DNA of 64,000 nucleotides from Chlamydiales bacterium (GTDB lineage Bacteria; Chlamydiota; Chlamydiia; Chlamydiales; JAAKFR01): NCBI GenBank assembly GCA_024233495.1, contig JACKPM010000003.1, positions 231,331 to 295,330 of the forward strand, read 5' to 3'. Shown piece by piece: positions 62,155 to 64,000 of this stretch (position 1 is its first letter; each line of letters starts with the position of its first letter). The notes under the pieces were generated by a model. It saw only the letters and a program-made list of their open reading frames with translations, ran no database searches and was not told where the DNA came from. The position numbers and the translations under genes were made by a program.

Positions 62155-64000
62155 TTAGTCATTCATTGGAAAATTATTTTTTAAGGAATCAATAATTGTG
62201 GGAGCGATGTCTTCTGGCTTTTGGGGGATTTTAACAAGTATTTTTTTGGAAATCTTGTTTTTAGGGCCGTGCACTTGCTCAGCTACGAGCACCATTTTGG
62301 TGAGCTTGAGCAAAGAGAAGGCGTTAACTTGGGCAAAAATGCGGATTTTGGTGAGCGCTTGCAGCAAGATGGCTGGAGTGGGAAGGGGGCCAAAGCGGTC
62401 TATAAGCTCTTCCATGAGGGTGTCGACATCGGCATCTGTTTCTGCATCGCCGAGGCGTTGATAGATGTCCATACGCAAATGGACATCGTCGATATAGGTT
62501 TCAGGGATGCGTGCATCGAAGGGGAATTCGATTTTCGTTTCGTGCGTGAGGAAGGGTTCCTTCTTGGCTTGAAGGCGCTGCACAGCGCGCTTGAGCAGTT
62601 TACAATAGAAGTGAAAGCCAATCGTCTGCACATGTCCCGATTGTTGTGTGCCCAAGATGTTGCCAGCGCCTCGAATTTCGAGATCTTGCATCGCGATCTT
62701 CATGCCACCGCCGTGTCCACTCGCTTGCGTCAATGCTGCAAGTCGCTTTCGTGCGATGGGATTGAGGTCGCGTGGGTTGCGCACGAGGAAGTAGCAGTAC
62801 GCCTTTTTGTTCCACCGCCCCACCCGGCCACGCATTTGATAGAGCGCAGCGAGTCCAAAGTGGTCAGCTTGGTCGATCAAGATGGTATTGGCGTTGGGAA
62901 TGTCGATGCCGTTTTCAATGATGGAGGTAGCGACGAGGATGTTAGCTCTTCCTGATTTGAAGGCGTGGAAGATTTCATCGAGTTCTTTCGCTGCCATCTG
63001 TCCATGCCCCACCACGATGTTGGAGTGAGGGACGAGCTTTTTGATACGGTCAGCAAATGAGTAGATCGATTCAACGCGGTTGTGCACAACGTAGACTTGT
63101 CCATTGCGGGAGAGTTCTCGCAAGATCGAATTTTTAAGCACTTCGTCTGTGGATTGCGCGATCACCGATTGAATAGGGAGGCGATCTTCAGGCGGCGTGT
63201 TGATCACAGAGAGGTCACGTGCGCCTACAAGAGACATGTAGAGCGTGCGGGGAATCGGAGTTGCAGAGAGGGTGAGGCAGTCTACATCTTGCCGAATCGT
63301 TTTAAGGTGCTCTTTGGCGCGCACACCAAAGCGCTGCTCCTCGTCGATGATCACTAGGCCTAGGTTTTTGAAGGTGACGTCTTTGCTCACAATGCGGTGT
63401 GTGCCGACCAAAATGTCGAGTTCACCCGAAGCAGTTTTTTCAAGCGTCTCCTTTTGCTCTTTCGGCTTGTTAAAACGGGAGAGCACGCCAACACGGATGG
63501 GAAAGTTTGCCATGCGGTCACGGAAGGTTTCAAAGTGTTGCATGGCGAGCACGGTAGTGGGCACAAGGATAGCGACCTGCTTACCTCCATCGACAACAGC
63601 TTTGAAGGCAGCACGCATTGCTACCTCTGTCTTTCCATACCCTACATCGCCACACACAAGGCGCTCCATCGTTTTGGTGGAGTGCATGTCGTTTTCGACG
63701 TTTTGAATCGCAGAGAGTTGGTCGGGTGTCTCTTCGTAGGGGAATTCCGCGCCGAATTGGTGCACAAGGTCGCTCGGAGGACCGTAATTGAATCCCTCTT
63801 TGATCGAGCGTTGTGCTTGCAGCTCTAGCAGGTCTTGCGCATAGCCTACAATCGCCTGCTCTGTTTTGGCACGTGCATTTTTCCACTTTGAGCTGCCAAT
63901 TTGGTTAAGTTGTGGTTTCTCTTCACCTACCCCAATGTATTTTGAGACCATATTGGCCTGCTCCATCGGGATAAAGAGTTTTGAGCCCTCTGCATATTCG
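62155..64000 (-). CDS. mfd: Transcription-repair coupling factor Mfd, C-terminal ~615 codons; N-terminus lies beyond the right edge
   Basis: Motifs present: GDVGYGKTEVAMRAA (Walker A), VIIDEEQRFGV (DEEQ), and helicase motifs through QMRGRVGR plus the C-terminal domain. The frame stays open to position 64000, so the track's Met at 63966 is internal. Confidence 0.93.
   Translation of the reverse strand, partial: EYAEGSKLFIPMEQANMVSKYIGVGEEKPQLNQIGSSKWKNARAKTEQAIVGYAQDLLELQAQRSIKEGFNYGPPSDLVHQFGAEFPYEETPDQLSAIQNVENDMHSTKTMERLVCGDVGYGKTEVAMRAAFKAVVDGGKQVAILVPTTVLAMQHFETFRDRMANFPIRVGVLSRFNKPKEQKETLEKTASGELDILVGTHRIVSKDVTFKNLGLVIIDEEQRFGVRAKEHLKTIRQDVDCLTLSATPIPRTLYMSLVGARDLSVINTPPEDRLPIQSVIAQSTDEVLKNSILRELSRNGQVYVVHNRVESIYSFADRIKKLVPHSNIVVGHGQMAAKELDEIFHAFKSGRANILVATSIIENGIDIPNANTILIDQADHFGLAALYQMRGRVGRWNKKAYCYFLVRNPRDLNPIARKRLAALTQASGHGGGMKIAMQDLEIRGAGNILGTQQSGHVQTIGFHFYCKLLKRAVQRLQAKKEPFLTHETKIEFPFDARIPETYIDDVHLRMDIYQRLGDAETDADVDTLMEELIDRFGPLPTPAILLQALTKIRIFAQVNAFSLLKLTKMVLVAEQVHGPKNKISKKILVKIPQKPEDIAPTIIDSLKNNFPMND

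Noticed and set aside
62221-62955. Long antisense ORFs inside well-supported genes: 62221-62955 (244 aa, in mfd), 58877-59500 (207 aa, hemN), 5694-6206 (170 aa, SET), 37591-38199 (202 aa, TagF-like), 39442-39969 (175 aa), 16095-16577 and 15592-16059 (giant ORF), 9008-9487 (ftsK/MFS junction), 49008-49415 (methyltransferase).
   Set aside because: Each is fully nested opposite a gene with clear family motifs. Their translations are compositionally odd (Arg/Ser/Cys/His-rich) with no motifs or SD. These are typical shadow ORFs.

Overview
This 64-kb window comes from a member of the order Chlamydiales outside the Chlamydiaceae. The evidence is a chlamydial 16S 5' end (ctgagaatttgatcttggttcagattgaacgct...), the histone-like gene hctA, a 16S-23S spacer without tRNAs, and a group I intron with a LAGLIDADG ORF in the 23S gene at the site reported for Simkania. 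A recognisable chlamydial core runs through the window in three blocks: PEBP(ybcL-like)-SET-MBL hydrolase-ftsK; hctA-rRNA methyltransferase-yajC-(htpG)-nqrF; and hemY-hemN-hemE-(x)-mfd. It sits alongside metabolic genes: phosphoketolase, an AGCS symporter, nadE, glpD and a beta-carbonic anhydrase. Accessory material breaks up this core. (1) A single 10.1-kb ORF (3,364 aa) has an internal P-loop/SF2-like NTPase module and a C-terminal double hydrophobic (Inc-like) anchor, and ends 8 nt from tRNA-His. (2) Several eukaryote-like or ubiquitin-related candidate effectors are present. These are two tandem F-box proteins, a SET-domain protein, and two tandem ~800-aa paralogs with a papain/OTU-like Q-x5-C...H...N signature. 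There is also an OTU protease that combines a bilobed membrane anchor, 12-aa polyproline repeats and a textbook UIM. (3) Six overlapping transferase genes form a cluster that includes two TagB/TagF-type glycerophosphotransferases, which is unexpected in a chlamydia. (4) There are two families of non-coding repeats. One is a 162-bp TA-flanked MITE with three copies and two solo ends, one copy sitting in a decayed gene. The other is a modular 119-bp tandem element bounded by 31-50-nt inverted ends at three loci. (5) A 10-C homopolymer lies in the 5' end of one member of a tandem pair of unknown-function genes, a possible phase switch. No CRISPR array, cas genes, integrase or transposase were seen. 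All functional calls rest on motifs read by eye from the translations; no database search was possible.
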